A stretch of DNA of 64,000 nucleotides, taken from Caecitellus pseudoparvulus. Its lineage: Eukaryota > Protista > Bigyra: Bicosoecida. This document shows positions 12,101-25,143 of the stretch, piece after piece. The notes under the pieces are model-generated. The model did not search any database, was not told the DNA's origin, and saw nothing but the letters and a program-made list of their open reading frames with translations. Where the stretch lies: positions 186,001 through 250,000 of the forward strand of contig CBFFRQ010000053.1 of NCBI GenBank assembly GCA_965644315.1. The letters are read 5' to 3'. Position 1 is the first letter of the stretch. Each line of letters starts with the position of its first letter. The translations under genes were made by a program, and so were the position numbers.

Positions 12101-13380
12101 GGTTGGAGGTGACTGGCGGGCGCGCAGGGGCAGCGTCACCCTCCGTTCCCGCCCCGCTCTCCCCTCCCTCCGCTGCCAGCGCCTCCCCCACCTCGCTCAC
12201 AGCTGCCAGGACGCTGTGCTCGGACGCGGGGCTCAACACGCCCATGCTGACGCTGCGAGGGGCTGTGGCAGCACCCGGTCCGCCACCGCCCTGCCCGCCC
12301 CACTCCCCCACCACCGTGGGAAACCCCACTCCCAGTGCGGCCAGCGTGGCAGCGGCGTCGGCATTGCGGGCAGGCAGCTTGGAGGCGCCCTTGCTGTCCG
12401 AGGCCAGGTGGCAGCCGACGAAGACGAGGGAAGACAGGCGCGTCAGCTGCCCAGAGCTGTCAGGCACACGCAGGGGCAGGATGACGGCCACGGCGCCCTT
12501 GTTGGCTGCCCGGGTGACGACGAGGTTGCGGCCCAGTCGTACTTCCCGGCGGGTGGCTGCCGACACCAGCGCCACGCCGTTGGCCACAAGGCGCTGGTGG
12601 ACGAAGACAGCGACGTAGATGAAGCCGTGGAAGCCCAGGGAGGTGTTGGCGTTGCCGATGCCGTGGTCCAGGGGGATGTACTCCTCGCCCAGGCGGCTTG
12701 ACACCGCCTCCCGTAGTGCCTCGGGGGCTAAGCACTCCTGCACAGACACTGCATACACGTCCCGCCCCAGGGGGATCCACGCCTTGAGGGCTTCCTGCGT
12801 CAGGGCGCCCTCGCCCATGTTCCACGTGGACACGAACACGGACAGGGGCGGCAGGGAGGGCGGTGCCTGGGGGGTCGGCTCCAGGGCGGCGGAGGGGGCG
12901 TCCTCTGTGGGGGAGGCGGCGCCCTCCCCCACACTGCCCCCTGACAGGGAGCCCGCCCCCTCCAGCAGGGCGATGTTGGTGCTCAGGGCCTGCATCCACT
13001 CCTGCCGCGCCTCTGCTGAGGGCGCCTGGATCAGCAGCACCTTGTTGCCACTGCTCGCTTGCAAGGCGAATAGGTTGGCGCGCCCGCCCTGCGCGGGGCG
13101 CTCCACAACAGAGCAGCCTGCCAACTGCCATGTCCCTTTCGGGGAACTGTCTCCCGCGCTGTGCGAGAGGGGGCAGAGGGCGGAAGGGGTGCCCTGACAT
13201 GGGCACTGCGCGTCGCTGGCCAGTGCAAGCACTGCAAACGCACGTTGCGAAGTAGGCCAGAGAGTCCTCGGTCAAGGAAAAGTACCGACGCTTCCAGTTC
13301 CGCCACATGCTTCCCTGCTTGTTCATGTAGCCGCCCTTGCGCACAGCCCGGCCGGGGCCGGAGCCGGCGGAGGCAGGCAT
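9135..13380 (-). CDS. PH-domain inositol polyphosphate 5-phosphatase; 2 exons
   Basis: PH (KGGYMNKQG…NWKRRYF…QEWMQAL); STWNMG, NKGAV, GCHL, GDLNYR, FPPTY, PSYTDRIL and SDHVPV motifs. Intron ~13243-13159. Confidence 0.9.
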
Positions 13381-13749
13381 GTTGCGGCTCAGGTGAAACG
13401 CCGGCTGCGAAACGCGCACTTGCCCTGCAGCGGCGCCTGCCGAGCCAGGGCTCAGGCGTTCACCAGCCCAAGCAAACTGCAAGCCTAGGCAGAGCCGGTG
13501 GCAGGTCGCGGTCATGCAAATTGCCTCTACCGGCTTCATGTGCTGGTGGTGCTGCAGCGATTCACCCCCTCAGCTGGGCCCCCTACCACAAGCACTCCCC
13601 GTGCTGCGGTACATTGCGCACACTGGCACCCTGCTCATGCAAGTGAGGACTTGGACTCGTGTCCAGCCTTCGTGCACCTGCCACTGCCCAGTGGTGCTCG
13701 CCCAGGCAGGGTTGGCTGCTGCACCCGCCGCGCCTTGCCGATTGCCAGC

Positions 13750-15890
13750 ATGAAACTCGCTGCTTTGGTCGTGGCCCTGGCAGCCACCGCTGCGTCAGCG
13801 CTGTACATCCCCTCCGTGGATCCCGAGCAGTATGCTTACGAGGCACCTGTGCGTGCACTGTGCACGTGTGCGACGACCGGCCCCGCCAAGCCCTCACGCT
13901 GCCGCCCTGCCACTTCCCGCGGCAGATCCCAGTTAGCGTTGTGAAGGTCACTTCGGCCAAGCGCCAGCTGCCGTTCAGGTACTACAGCCTGCCCATGTGC
14001 ACGCCAGAGAAGGTGCAGCAGGAACCTGAGAACATCGGCCAAGTGCTGGCGGGCAGCCGCATCGAGAACTCCGACTACAAGGTGAGGCGTGGCCCGGCGC
14101 AACCACCACGTGACGAGGGCGCCAACTTCCGCTGTGCACCCCCCCGCTGCTCCGCCACGCCGCCCGCAGTTGTTCACCCGGGTGAACGAGTTCTGCAAGA
14201 CGCTGTGCCGCAAGGTGTGGAGCCCTGCAGATGCGAAGAAGGTGGTAGACTTCATTGAGGACGAGTACATCGTGCACATGTGAGCTGCCGTGCAGGGCTC
14301 CGTTCAGTGGTGTGTGTGCTCGCACGCTCCCCCTTTTGCGCGCGCAGGATGCTGGACAACCTGCCCGTCGTCGTGCGCAACATCAACCCCGAAGATGCCA
14401 CTGACGTGCGCTTCGACAGGGGCTTCCCCCTTGGCTTCAGCATGCCGGGGCAGGACGGCGCCGCCACCAAGCACTACGTGTTCAACCACCTGCACTTCAC
14501 AGTGCAGTTCCACAGCGACGCATCGTACGAGGGCGTGCGCATCGTGGGCTTCGAAGTGGAGCCCTTCTCCGTGCAGCACTCGTACCTGGGCGAGGAGTGG
14601 CGGGCAGACATGCAGCTGTCCACGTGCAACCCCGCCCAGCACGTGTCCCGGGACATGCCCCCCATGTCCGTGGACGCGGGGGGCGAGGTCATCTTCACCT
14701 ATGACGTCATGTGGGAGGAGTCCAGCACGCCGTGGGCCCAGCGGTGGGACGTGTACCTCTCCGCCACCGCCGGCTCCGCTGACCTGCACTGGTTCTCCAT
14801 CATCAACTCTGTCGTGGTGGTGCTGTTCCTGTCCGGCGTCATCGCCACCGTCCTCGTGCGGGCCCTGTACAAGGACATCGCCGCCTACAACGACGACCTG
14901 TCCGAGGAGGAGCGCGAGGAAGAGCGTGGCTGGAAACTCGTGCACGGCGACGTGTTCCGGCCCCCCACCGGCTTCTTCGGGCCCATGTTCCTCTCCGTCT
15001 TCGTCGGGGCAGGGGCACAACTGGTCTGCTCCACCTTCGGCACGCTGCTCCTGGCTGCAGCGGGTTTCTTGTCCCCCGCCCACCGCGGCAGCTTCCTCTC
15101 CGCTGTCATCATCCTGTACATGCTCACCGGCGCCGTGGCAGGGTACGCCTCCGCCCGCATGTACAAGACCTTCCGCGGCAAGGCGTGGAAGCGCAACACG
15201 CTGCTGACGGCCTTTGCCATGCCTGGCGCCGTCTTCGGCACCATCGTCTTCCTCAACTTCTTCGTGTGGGGGGAGGGCTCCTCCATGGCTATCCCCTTCT
15301 TCACCCTGCTGGGCCTCTTCCTGCTCTGGTTCGGCGTCTCCACGCCCCTGGTCTTCCTGGGCTCCTTCCTGGGCTTCCGCAAGGAGGAGATGAAGCAACC
15401 CTGCCGCGTGAAGCAGATCCCGCGCCAGGTGCCTGAGCAGGTCTGGTACACGCTGCCCCTGCCCTCCATCCTCATGGGCGGCATGCTGCCCTTCGGCGCC
15501 GTCTTTGTGGAGCTCTTCTTCGTCATGTCTTCCATCTGGCAGCAGCACACGTACTACGTCTTCGGCTTCCTCGGCCTCGTCTTCCTCATCCTCCTCATCA
15601 CCTGCGCTGAGATCGCCATCGTCATGACCTACTTCCAGCTCTGCGCAGAGGACTACAACTGGTGGTGGCGCAGCTTCCTCACCCCCGCCTCCTCTGCAGT
15701 CTACGTCTTCCTGTACTCCATCCTGTACTACGCCACTCGCCTGGACATCGAGGCAGGCACACCTACACTGCTGTACTTCTCCTACATGGCCATCGCCTGC
15801 TGGGGCCTCTTCCTGCTCACAGGCAGCGTCGGCTTCCTCAGCACACTCTGGTTCAACCGTGCCATCTACAGTGCCATCCACGTGGACTGA
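13750..15890 (+). CDS. Nonaspanin / transmembrane 9 superfamily (TM9SF2/4, EMP70); 4 exons
   Basis: Signal peptide, YYSLPMC, ENIGQVL.G.RI, LDNLP, HWFSIINS, GWKLVHGDVFR, EDYNWWWRSF, C-terminal IHVD. Introns ~13849-13925, ~14082-14168, ~14280-14347. Confidence 0.95.
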
Positions 15891-16128
15891 CTGTCGCTGC
15901 CACTGCCCAGGGAATGCACACGTGCCTTGCCAGGCCGCAGCCGCAAAGCCCCGTGAAACGCAGGCGGCACAGCCGTGCCCCCCGCCTCTGCTTCGGGCGC
16001 CCCTGCCAACAACTACACCACGCCAAACGTAAAATGGCAGGGAAGGATAAACGCTGCGACGCCTTCCATGCCACTGGTCTCTCGCCTGACCATGCAGTGA
16101 GGGTCGCGGGCAGCGGATTTTGGGCGCC

Positions 16129-18304
16129 ATGTCCAGCGGCGGCCACCCCGCCGAGCAAGCCTCAGCTGCAGCTACGCCCTCTGCTGGCGGGAAGACTGGC
16201 ATCATTCTCGCAGCATGTGATCCTCCTGATTCTGGCCTGGCCCGCGTGCGTCTCGGCCGTGCACGCCCTGTGACCCTGCCAGAAGCACGCACCCCAGCAC
16301 TGCTGTCGCCACAGTTGATAGGGGAGTTGCTCAACTTCCAGGCCGTGGACGAGGTGAGCGCCCACGGCTTGCCGCGCCCAGTACGCACCACGGGCATGCC
16401 TTGCACACTCCCTGCCCCTGGCAGGTCTTGCTCATCCCTTTTGGAGCTGAGCACGTGTCCTGGCACGCATTCAGCAGCTGTCTGGCCCGGTGAGAGCGCC
16501 AGCAACACTCCTGAGCCGCTTCGCCTGCCCCCTCACGCCCATGGCACGGCGGCCCCCCACAGCTTCATCATGGCCAACATGCTCGTGCAAGAGCTATCTA
16601 CAGTGGCGGGTGCAGGACGAGTGCGCAGTGCCCCCCCCGAGTGCAGCACGTTGACCACGTGCGTCACGCGACGCCACCTTGACCCGCCCAGCCCCCCCCC
16701 GCACAGTGAGCTGCTTCCCCCCCACCCCACCCCCCGCCCGCAGTGAGAATATCATAGGTGCTGTGGCAAAGCCCCTGGCTGCGGCAGGCTCTGCGCTGGT
16801 GCTAGTGCAGCATCCCCCCCTGCAGCTGCACGCACAAGGTGTGCCGCCTTCCACATGGGACAGTGCGCTGGCCCTGTGCCAGGGCAGGTGCATTCACACC
16901 AGTGCCTTGCAGTTGTCGCAAGTGGGGACTGTGAAGAGCCCTTTGGAGCACAAGGGCGCCGCCGCCGCCTGCCTCCGTGCACCTGCCCCCCTGCACCTCG
17001 CCGCCTCCAACGTCACCCCCGCCTCCGTGCGCCAGCGACTGCAGGCGGTGGCCGCGCCCCTGGAGGACCTGTGCCTGCTGTCCCCCACAGCGCCCCACTC
17101 GCCCAGTTCCACGGACACCGCTGCCGCCGCCTCCATGCCCAGTGCGGCGTGGATCAGTTCCCTCACACAGCCGGCCAGCTCAGTGGACGCCGCCCGGCCA
17201 GCACCCCTGAACCTGGCCCGTCGCCATGCGCAGTCTGCGGCAGACCCGCCTGACGCCCCTGCTTCGGCTGCATTGCACTGGAGGAGACGAGCACTGCTCG
17301 TGGGCGTGCTTCCTGCCTTGGTCCGCCAGTTCGTTGAGCGGTACGGTTTGTATGGGCTGCGCTTTGCGCTGTGTGCGGGGCCGGCTGGTGTGCGGGATAG
17401 CTGGACAGACGACCCGCTGTCGTCGCAGTTCGCCAAGGTGGCGGCCCACGCCCAGGAAGAAGCCTGGGAGCAGGCCTTGACGTGTTTGCCACCCAGACCC
17501 ACACACTCTGCGTCCGTGGGAGGGCAAGCCCACAAACACGTCGCCATCCTGGGCGGCAGCTTCCACCCCATGACGGCGGCACACCTGTCCGTGGCCGCCG
17601 ACGTGGCAGCGGACGAGAGCGTGGACGAGGTGTGGATCGTGCCGTGCGGCGCGCGGCCTGACAAGGCCAGCCTCACCACGGCAGCCTCAGAGCGCCTCCT
17701 GCAGTGCGTGCTGGCTGTGGAAGCTGCCTTCCCCTCCGACCTACCTGTCTACGTCATGCCGCTGGAAGTGGCAGAGAGCGAAGCGGTGCCGTCCTACGTC
17801 CTCATGACCACCTTGGCGCAGGTGTACCCCACCTTCCGCTTCTCCCTGGTCATTGGCATGGACCTGCTGGCTGGCTTGCAAGGGTGGCAGTTTGCTGAGG
17901 GCCTCATGCAGCAGGTCAGCTTCTTGGTTGTACCACGACCAGGGTACACTGAACCCACCACCCCGGAGGCGTCGGCAGGGCCGCAGCATGCACGCCTCGC
18001 GCTGGCCGACGCCCTGCCCACGGTGGAGGTGCAGCTCAGCTCCTCTGAAGTGCGCCAGCGCATCAAACACAGCATAGCCGGTGACGCGGTGGGCGCATCC
18101 CTGGCCAGTGGCGGCGCACCGGCGCTGTGCGCCGTGGTGCCCACCCACGTCGCCGCCCGGCTGCTGCAGGAGGAGGAGCAGCCCACTGCCATATCCGGCA
18201 AAGCGCCCCTCACCAGCATTGCGCGCCAAGCTTCCACGCTGTCATTGCCCAGCCACGGCGCATCGTGGAATGCTGCCCTGCCCACAGCGCACGAGGACCC
18301 CTGA
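16129..18304 (+). CDS. Nicotinate/nicotinamide mononucleotide adenylyltransferase (NadD-type) with an N-terminal degenerate repeat; 4 exons
   Basis: AILGGSFHPMTAAH, DEVWIVPCG.RPDK, F.LVIGMDL…W, VVPRPGY, LSSSEVR. Introns ~16354-16424, ~16490-16562, ~16659-16743 (last donor less certain). Confidence 0.8.
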
Positions 18305-18626
18305 CGGCTGCCGCCAGCACTGTGCCAAGCGCTGCGCGCTTGTTGTTTTCGTGTGGTTGTTTGGTGCCCATGTCCCCGAGTCAATGTCCCCAGCACCCTG
18401 TTGCGCTGGGGAAGTACGCTGCAGCCCCCTCCACCAGCCACCGCGACGGTCCTGCCGCAACCAAGCGCCCGGCGTCTTTTCCGTGGACCCCTCACAATGC
18501 ACTCCACAGCGTCCAGTCGCTCAACAGAGGGTAGTGTGAGCGCAGCAAGGCTGGCAGCTTCTGTGAGGAGAGGCCGGGGCGGACTCGGCACGGCGGCACT
18601 GAGGGCCAGAAAAGGCTGCATTGCGC

Positions 18627-21600
18627 TCACTCTGAGTCATCTCCGAACATGCCAAAGCCGCCCTCTTCATCCTCCTCAACGTCAACCTCGCCTCCGGCCG
18701 AGGGGGGTGGGGGCACTGGCACCGCCCCCTGCGCCACAGGCTCGCCGGGCAGATCGTCGCCCACCACGCCGTCTGCGCCTGTGCCGCCGCCATCCCACTC
18801 GACGTCGTCATCTGCGTCGTCTGGGGCACCCGCGGGGTCGGCTGCACCCACGTCAACTTCTGCCGGCTCCACATCCTGTTCCAAGAGTGACGCGCCCAGG
18901 ACTGGCTCCTCACCGTCCCCAGCAGAGCCAAGCACGTCAGCGGGAGGGGGCGGGAGCACGGCACCCTCGCCAGTGCCTGTGCCCTCTGAAGCCGCCTGCA
19001 GGCCCCAAGCATGCGTTCGCGGCCTGGCCCCGCCACGGATAGGGTACGACTTGGGAGGGGGCGGGCCAGCTGGCACCACCCCTGCCTCTGCCCTCAGGCG
19101 TTGCAAGAGAGATGTGGGCTGTGGCTCGGAGACGGCCAGGGGGGGCGCGCCATCCGACACGGGATCCCCACCGCCCCCTGGGTCGTCGTCGTGCTGGTCC
19201 ACTGCGCTGCGCGCCGCGGCAGCACGGCTGGCCACGACGCTCTGGGCCCAAGCTCCCCGCAGGAGGCGTGTGCCGCCACGACGAGAGGCCACCTCCACCA
19301 CAATGCCGTGTTGAGAGGGCGGGGATGCGGTGGGCACCTCCGTGACGGAGCCAGCGCCGCCCACAGAGGCAGAGTCGCCATCCGCACTGCCGGCAGCAGC
19401 AGCACTGGGCGCCACTGTCGCCGCCGGAGGTGCCAACTTGGCCTTGGCTGCCGCCAGCGCCTGGCCCAGGCAGCCCCTGAAAGACGCCTCAGCTGCCGCC
19501 AACGTGGACAGCCGCACACTGCCCGTGCAGCGGGCAAAGGCGAGGACATCCGCCAGCGCCTCCGCGCCACATGTACGCAGGGTACCGCACACGAGGTAGT
19601 GCTCGGCAAGGGCGTGCAGGCCGGGCAGGCGCCAGGCGTGGCCCAGGCGCAGCAAGGGCACCGCAGTGCCGCGCCGAATGCTGCACCGGCCTGTGTACAA
19701 GTACTGCAGGGCGGCCTGCAAGACTGCCGGTGTGACGTACAGTGGCAGGTGCACAACTGGCACGGTGCCTGGGTCTGTGGAGGCGGGGAGCAGGCTAGCC
19801 AGGGCCGGTACCCGTTTGGCCAGCAGCCACGAATGTGCCCACAAACCCTGGGACAGCACCAAGCAGCTGGCAGTGCCACTGGCAGCGACGCTGCTGCGAA
19901 GGCCGGGAGACCCGACGGCGGGCATGAGGAGGACGTCACCTTGCGTCAAGGCGGCGGCGGCTGACATGAGCAGGGAGCGCGGGACAGTGGCCTGGGCGGC
20001 TTCGTCCATGGCTGCGGCGCGGGCCTTGGTCCGCAGGCGGCGCCGGGCCGCCTGCGACTTGACGCCGCTCAGGTCCAGCTCCGGCTCGAAGTGCAGGTCA
20101 GCGGGGGAAGGGAGGGTCAGCCCCACGCTGCGGTAGACGGCCTGCACAAGGGAGGTCATGCCGGATGCCAGGGCGTGCTGCGGCAAACTGCTGAGGAAGG
20201 CTTGCAAGGCATCCATCGACGCGGCGGCTTCCGCACCCTCTGGCAAGGGAGGGTGCACGGGAGTCGGCATGGGGGCAACGGGGGCCTTCAGCGTGCGGGG
20301 CCGCAGCGCATACGCTGGCGCGGTGGTGGGGTCGGGCTCCCACCACAACAGGCCCAAGCGCGGCCCATAACCCACCACGATGTCCACGTCTGTCGCAGGC
20401 ACAGGCCCGCCTTCCACCTGGTGCGGCAGGAAGAGGCCTGTGTCAGGGGGCAGCACCTGTTCCTCCGCTGCAGGGGTGGCTGGCGCTGGCACCAGCACCG
20501 TGTCCACCGTCACGCCGCCGAGCGGGCTTTGGGGCGCGGTGGCCCCCCCCCGCACCTCGGCCAGCACGCTGGACAGGTGGGCCCTCACGTGTCGCAGGGT
20601 GGCACGCTCAGAGTGCATGAAGTCGTGGTCAGCGTCAGAGCGCAGCAGCACAAAGCCATGCTCTTCCACGACCGCCGCATCGGGCGCCTGCCCTGCCGTG
20701 GCAGCCAAGAACGCAGCATGGGTGGCCGCCTCTCGGGCTGCCACCGCCGCGTCCCCGGACAGGGTCGTCTGATCCGCCAGGGACCCCCAGCCCGCGGCAC
20801 TGCCACGGGTGTCGGCGCCCTGGGCTCCGCGTTGGGACACGTGCACGCCCTCCGCCTGCGTCTCTTCGTGCCACGCCTTGAACTCCAGGAACCGCTCCCG
20901 GTCCAGCCGTGCCTTCAGCTTACGGTGCCGCTTGAGCGTCTCCGAGTGGCTCGTTGGCCCCGAGCTGGCCACAGTGGACGTCTCATCGGTGCTCTCCTCG
21001 CCGTCCCCGCCCTGTGCCACGACACCGGCAGGCAAAGCAGACAGCAACTCTGTTCCTGCCGCGTCCGAGGCCGCAGCTGCGCTCTCCCCCGGTGCGGCCG
21101 CCTTGCTGGGCGTAGCTAACTCCTTGATCCGCGACACGACGCTGCCAGTGGGGGGTGGCGCGGGTGTGCCCGTGCTGGGGGTGTCGCTGGGCAGGACGTA
21201 CCCGCCCCCCTCCAGCACTTCCACGCGCTTCCCCTTGGCCACGGCGTCCTCGCCGAAGCGCTGGCGCTCCAGCACATTCAGCCTCTCCTCTGGTTGCTCG
21301 GCCCACTCCACTGCCACAGCCTTGTCGTCAGCGCGGGTGCGGCCCTTGCCGCGATTTGTGCGTCGCCCAGTGCGTCGAGCCTTGCCGCCCCTGCGGCGCC
21401 GAGTGACGCCGACACCCTCCTCCGCCTCCTCATCATCATCGCCATCTGCAAAGTCAGCCTCGTCACTGTCGGGCAACTCCTCCCCTTCCTCGCCCTGGGC
21501 CAGCCGGTACCTGTGCCGCAGACCCTCCAAGGCCGTGGACCGCTGCTGCAGCGCAAGGGCATCCACACAGGCCAAGCTGGCGTGCAGCAGTGCCAGAGAT

Positions 21601-24600
21601 GCAGACTCGCTGATGTCCCCGGGCTGCACGTCAGCATCGTCCGCGGGGCCAGACGCCTCCCCGGGCTCGTGCCCGGCAGACACCACCAAGCCCGGCTGCA
21701 GCAGGTGTGCTAGCTTCAAGTGTTTGGAAAGGAAGCCACCCATGGCAGCAGCCCGCGGCTGCGTGTGGTCTGGGGTGGGCACAGCTTGCGGCGCCGCAGC
21801 GCCTGCCCGACCCACAGGCAGCATGCTGCCCCACCAAGCACCCAGAGGGAGGCACGCGGCCGCCCAAGCCAGCGCCTCCCGGCGTGCCTCCTGGCTCGCC
21901 TGCATGTGCAGGCCCGACCCCGGCTGGGGCAAGAGCTCTGCCGCATTCAGCAGGAGGAGGGAGCGAGGGGGTAGGGACGCATGCAGCTCGTGGGCAGCGG
22001 TGGCGAGGGCAGGCGGCGGGCTCCACAGGTCCACGGTGCCGTCGGCCCCTGGCACCAGCAGAGTCCCAGTGGCCAGCGGCGTCTGGCCTCCGCCCGCCTC
22101 CACCAGCCGCTGCTGGTCGTGCAGCTCCAACAGGGTGGCACTAGCCGCTGCTGCAAGGACTGGGCTGGCTGCTACCGCGAGGGCCATGGGCAGCACGAGG
22201 GCCCCCGCATCTGCTACAGCAGCCTGAAGGGACGTCGGCAGGATGGGCAGGGGCTCTGCCCTGTCACCTGTGTGCCAAACCAGGGCCAGCGTGGGGTAGC
22301 ACGGCAGGCGCGGCGCCGAGTGGGGGGAGGGCGCTGGGCTGAGCATGCTGTGCACCCACTCCCCGTGCGCCTGCTCCTGCATCTCGTGCAGCAGCGCGAC
22401 GTTCAATGCTTCAGAGGACGGCACTGCCTTGCTGGCGGGGGGGTTGCGCCACAGCAGGGTCGTGCCGGGGGGAGGGCGCGATGGCACAATAGCCGTAGCA
22501 GCACCATCATCCAGTAGCGCTGAACCGGCGGCGACGCCGGCGCCGTGCAAGGCCTGGTCTGCCAGCCGCAGCCACTGCTCGTGCACTGGCAAGCTCAGCA
22601 GGGCGATGGCAGTGGCCAGGGACACGCCTTGGCCGAGGTCCTCCTCCCCCGTGACACTGCCGTTGCTGGCCTCCCGCAGCAGCGAGGACAGGGCCGCCAT
22701 GGAGGAGCAGGAAGAGGAGGCGCCCGCCAAGACGGGGGAGGGCGGTGGGATGGGACTTCCCTCCTCTCCGCCCTCTGGCGCCACCGCCTCGCCCGCCGCC
22801 CCGCTCACCCCCTCGTCCTCATCCTCTGATGAGGACCCGTCCGCGAGCAGGTCAAAGGGGTTGCTGGACACAGCACGCACGACTGCCTTGAGGGCACGCT
22901 CGCGCTGGCGAGACTCCTTGGGCCCGTCGGCCCACTCCCGCACCAGCTGGCGCAAGATGACCGTGGCGAAGGAGTCCCCCCGCACCCAGGACTCGGACAG
23001 CTTGGTGCCATCCGAGGCAGAGGTGTGCACGGAGCCAGGGCCCCGGCGAGCGCCGTCCCCGTCCCACCCTGGCACCCGCACAGTGCTGAGCAGGGCCAAC
23101 AGCTGGCGCAGGCGGTGCCAGGCAGCTGACCAGGTCGTCACAGACGCCTGCAGCGCGGAGGACACGAGAGCTGCATCGGCGTCGGGCGCACCCAGTGCCT
23201 GGGGCAGACTCCAGGCGCCGCAGTACTTGGCGGCCGTCTCCACCACACGGGGCACTTGCAGGGCAGGGTCAGGGTGCAGGAGGAGGACGAGGAAGTCGTC
23301 TGTCTGCTGGACGTGGGACACCCAGCAGGAGGCCAGCCAGGAGTGCAGGACGGTGTCCACGGGGCCAGTGCCCGAGGTGAGGGCGGGGGGCGTGCTGCCC
23401 ATGGTCAGGGCCGACGTGGCGCTGTTCCCTGACACAGTGCTGCGGACGGTGCTGGCGTCCAGGGGGTCCGCTGCCTCGCCTTCGCCCGCAGGCGCCGCAC
23501 TGGCTCCCGTGCCGCCCTCTGTCTGGGCTGGGGCCTGGTTGGGTGAGGCGATGGGCAGCCAGCGCATGTAGCCCGAGAGAGCGGAGAGCTTCAAGTGTTG
23601 TGTCAGGCCCAGCGCCGCTGCCAACGGCGGGCACTGCACGACAGGCAGCACCGACTCGCCTGCTGGGCTATCTCCGCTGGGCAAGGCCGACATCCTGAAC
23701 AGGTTCTTGTGGTTGGGCATGTGGGTGCTCCAGGTCTCCGGCTGCGCGGCGGCGCCGCCTTGCCCCACCGCCGTGTCTGGCGTGGCAGGCACCAAGTCCT
23801 CCACCAGCACTTGGCCAGGCACGTGCGTGGCCACGGAGGCCATGCGCCACTGGTCGTGCTTCGCCAGAGGGCGTGGCCGCCGCACCGGCACCCAAGTCCC
23901 CTCCACCTCCGGCACGTCAGGACCCTGCAGGTCGGTGGTGAAGTGCGGCAGGCTGAGGCTGCCTGGGCCCTCCAGGGCAGTGGTGCTGGGTGGCGTCGCG
24001 TCAGGGGCCTCCTCCTGCCCCACCTGAGGCGTGAAGGGCAGGCGGCCCCAGGTGAAGGCGGTGGCATCCCGCATGACGACGATGGAGTGGTCCCACCCCG
24101 CCGCCATGGAGGCGACCGTGTGGCCCCACACCCCCCCCAGCACCAGCACAGGGTCTGCGGCATAGGACGCTTTGGGGTCTCCTGGGAACTCCCCTTGGTG
24201 CCACACATGCCCTGCCTCGTCAGCGATGACCAAGTGAGCTGGCCCCACCGCCACTCGGGCCGGCGCTGCCTCCAGGTCCGCAGACTCCATGGCACTCCAC
24301 CGCAAGGTGCGCAGGGGGTCCCTGCGGCCAGACAGCGCCGTGTGGGTCAAATCCACCCACGGCGACGCACCCCACACCACTAGCTGGTTGTCCACAGTCA
24401 CGGCAGCGGAGCGGGTGAAGCCTGCCGAGATGTGCTTGGCTCTGGAACCGGAGAGCGGCGAGCACAGCACAGGCCGCGCCGAATGCAGCATGTGAGACGA
24501 GGGAGGGACTCCCAACTGCCCATGGGAGTTGGAGCCCAACGCGAGGACTGCCTTGTCAGACCGCAGGAACACAGCGTGATCGTCACCCGCAGCAACTTGC

Positions 24601-24976
24601 AAGATCTGCACAGGCCAGGAACGGTCGGCACGCAGTGAGGGGGCGCAGCCTGGAAAGTTCCCCCCATCACGAGAAGTCGGGAATCAACCAGCGCTTGCCT
24701 GGCCCTTGCTTTGCGCAGGGGCACGCATACAGCGCCCGCATGGCCACCCCGCCCGGCACCCGCCGCGTTGCGGAAAAAGAACCTGAAACTCACCTTCGAC
24801 TGAAAAGGCATGCGGGAGATCCGCGGGCTGAGGGAGACGACAGAACCATTTTCCTGCAGTACATACACTACACCATGTGTTGCTGCAGTGGCTTTGACGG
24901 CCACTTGCGGAGCTTGCAGGGTCAGCCCCGTCTGGCCTTGGTGCCCCGTGGCTACCGCGACGATGGGGAAAGCCAT
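18627..24976 (-). CDS. Large RCC1-repeat + BTB/POZ protein (IBTK-like architecture); 2 exons
   Basis: Intron 24793-24606 gives MPFQSK|ILQVAAGDDH. RCC1 repeats (ALGSNSHGQLG, ISAGFTRS, MAAGWDHS); BTB near the C-terminus (AHSWLLAKR…LQYLYTG…LAEHYL). Alternative start at 25027. Confidence 0.8.
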
Positions 24977-25143
24977 GATGCCCGATCCGCACCGAGCTCG
25001 ACCCACACCACTGGCACTGCCGCTCATGCAGCTTGCCGGGGGTGCATGTGAGTCGCTCTAGGGTGGGCTGGCGGGAGAGCAGATTGTGTCACGAACATGC
25101 ATTGCCCAGGCTGGCAGAAGCTGCGACGACGCTGGCGGCCGGC

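Noticed and set aside
14304-16508. Long antisense ORFs (also 11001-12701, 47xxx, 55944-57572, 60975-62390)
   Set aside because: Shadow frames of GC3-rich coding genes on the opposite strand, with no recognisable domains.
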